The notes under the pieces: model-generated
What the model was told of the DNA's origin: nothing
Seen by the model: the letters and a program-made list of their open reading frames with translations, nothing else
Database searches by the model: none
Part shown: positions 63,725-64,000 of the stretch, one piece after another
Layout: the number at the start of each line of letters is the position of its first letter
Position numbering within the stretch: position 1 is the stretch's first letter
Assembly: GCA_028821575.1 (NCBI GenBank)
Contig: JAPPFW010000073.1
Span: forward strand, 11,434-75,433
DNA: 64,000 nucleotides
Direction of reading: 5' to 3'
Source of the DNA: a bacterium
GTDB lineage: Bacteria > Actinomycetota > Acidimicrobiia > Spongiisociales > Spongiisociaceae
Position numbers and translations under genes: made by a program

Positions 63725-64000
63725 ACATGCGAACGCGGCGAAGACGGAGAACCGGGGGGCGGGCAGCACGCCAGGCCATGCGGACAGCCCGGGTCATCGA
63801 TCAGCAACCGTTCCTCACCCGCGCCCTCGGCCGCACCGAGGTGCTCTCCCAAGAGGGCATGGAGCTCATCGAGCACAATGCCGACACGCTCCTCGAGGAG
63901 GTGGGAATCGAGATGATGAACTTCCCCGAGGCTCTCTCGATCTACGCGGACGCGGGTGCCGACGTCAACGGTACGCGGGTCCGGTTCCCTAGGGGAATGT
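63721..64000 (+). CDS. second MttB-superfamily methyltransferase, N-terminal 93 codons only (runs off the window)
   Basis: Own translation: MNMRTRRRRRTGGRAARQAMRTARVIDQQPFLTRALGRTEVLSQEGMELIEHNADTLLEEVGIEMMNFPEALSIYADAGADVNGTRVRFPRG. This is the typical Arg-rich MttB-family N-terminus. ATGA overlap with the activase stop. Not in the ORF track because no stop is reached. Confidence 0.7.
   Translation, partial: MNMRTRRRRRTGGRAARQAMRTARVIDQQPFLTRALGRTEVLSQEGMELIEHNADTLLEEVGIEMMNFPEALSIYADAGADVNGTRVRFPRGM

Noticed and set aside
402-63876. Many long ORFs overlapping the called genes on the opposite strand or in other frames. Examples: 402-2156(-), 7799-8770(+), 10876-12162(+), 12357-13442(+), 18292-19377(+), 19962-21272(-), 21266-22732(+), 24201-25466(+), 26038-27450(+), 31281-32885(+), 33175-34695(+), 36141-37112(+), 37835-38842(-), 41569-43242(-), 46246-47250(-), 50485-51693(-), 54541-55722(+), 56238-57728(-), 59179-59946(-), 60937-61701(-), 63131-63769(-).
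   Set aside because: Their translations are Arg/Gly/Pro/His-rich with no recognisable motifs. Each lies fully inside a gene with strong family signatures. Open alternative frames are expected in high-GC DNA because stop codons are AT-rich.

Overview
Visibly high-G+C, actinobacterium-like chromosomal segment with dense, mostly operonic coding. All calls come from reading the translations and DNA by eye, with no database search. After a tRNA-Val and a three-subunit molybdenum hydroxylase, almost the whole window is one very large accessory island for uptake and breakdown of quaternary amines and N-methyl compounds, and for disposal of the released C1 units.

Contents, in order:
- betA plus an MFS transporter.
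- A five-gene carnitine/gamma-butyrobetaine operon with a divergent IclR regulator.
- An MttB-family methyltransferase abutting a DMGDH-type flavoenzyme.
- An ornithine-cyclodeaminase-family gene and ppc.
- Two paralogous proVWX-type betaine ABC operons. Both permeases carry a roughly 400-residue extra membrane domain. One binding protein is a near-perfect tandem duplication with a 1-nt frameshift.
- fhs, then an NAD-type formate dehydrogenase. Its catalytic subunit has an in-frame TGA (selenocysteine) followed by a SECIS-like hairpin, and its Fe-S N-terminal part is encoded two genes downstream.
- A low-GC MarR gene.
- A translationally coupled four-gene operon of unknown substrate (DMGDH-like, class-III aminotransferase, MDR oxidoreductase, enolase-superfamily enzyme), with a divergent RpiR regulator and a Rieske oxygenase.
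- etfBA behind a third DMGDH-like gene.
- A complete corrinoid-dependent methyl-transfer operon: corrinoid protein, DUF1638-like, small accessory protein, methyl-THF:corrinoid methyltransferase, reductive activase, and a second MttB that runs off the window.

The half-site GTTCCGCATCG recurs in five promoter regions and links these operons into one putative regulon.

The most interesting candidate is the non-pyrrolysine MttB/corrinoid system in an apparently aerobic, ETF- and oxygenase-rich context, together with its unexplained accessory genes and the cryptic four-gene operon.

No CRISPR arrays, rRNA genes, transposases or integrases were seen.
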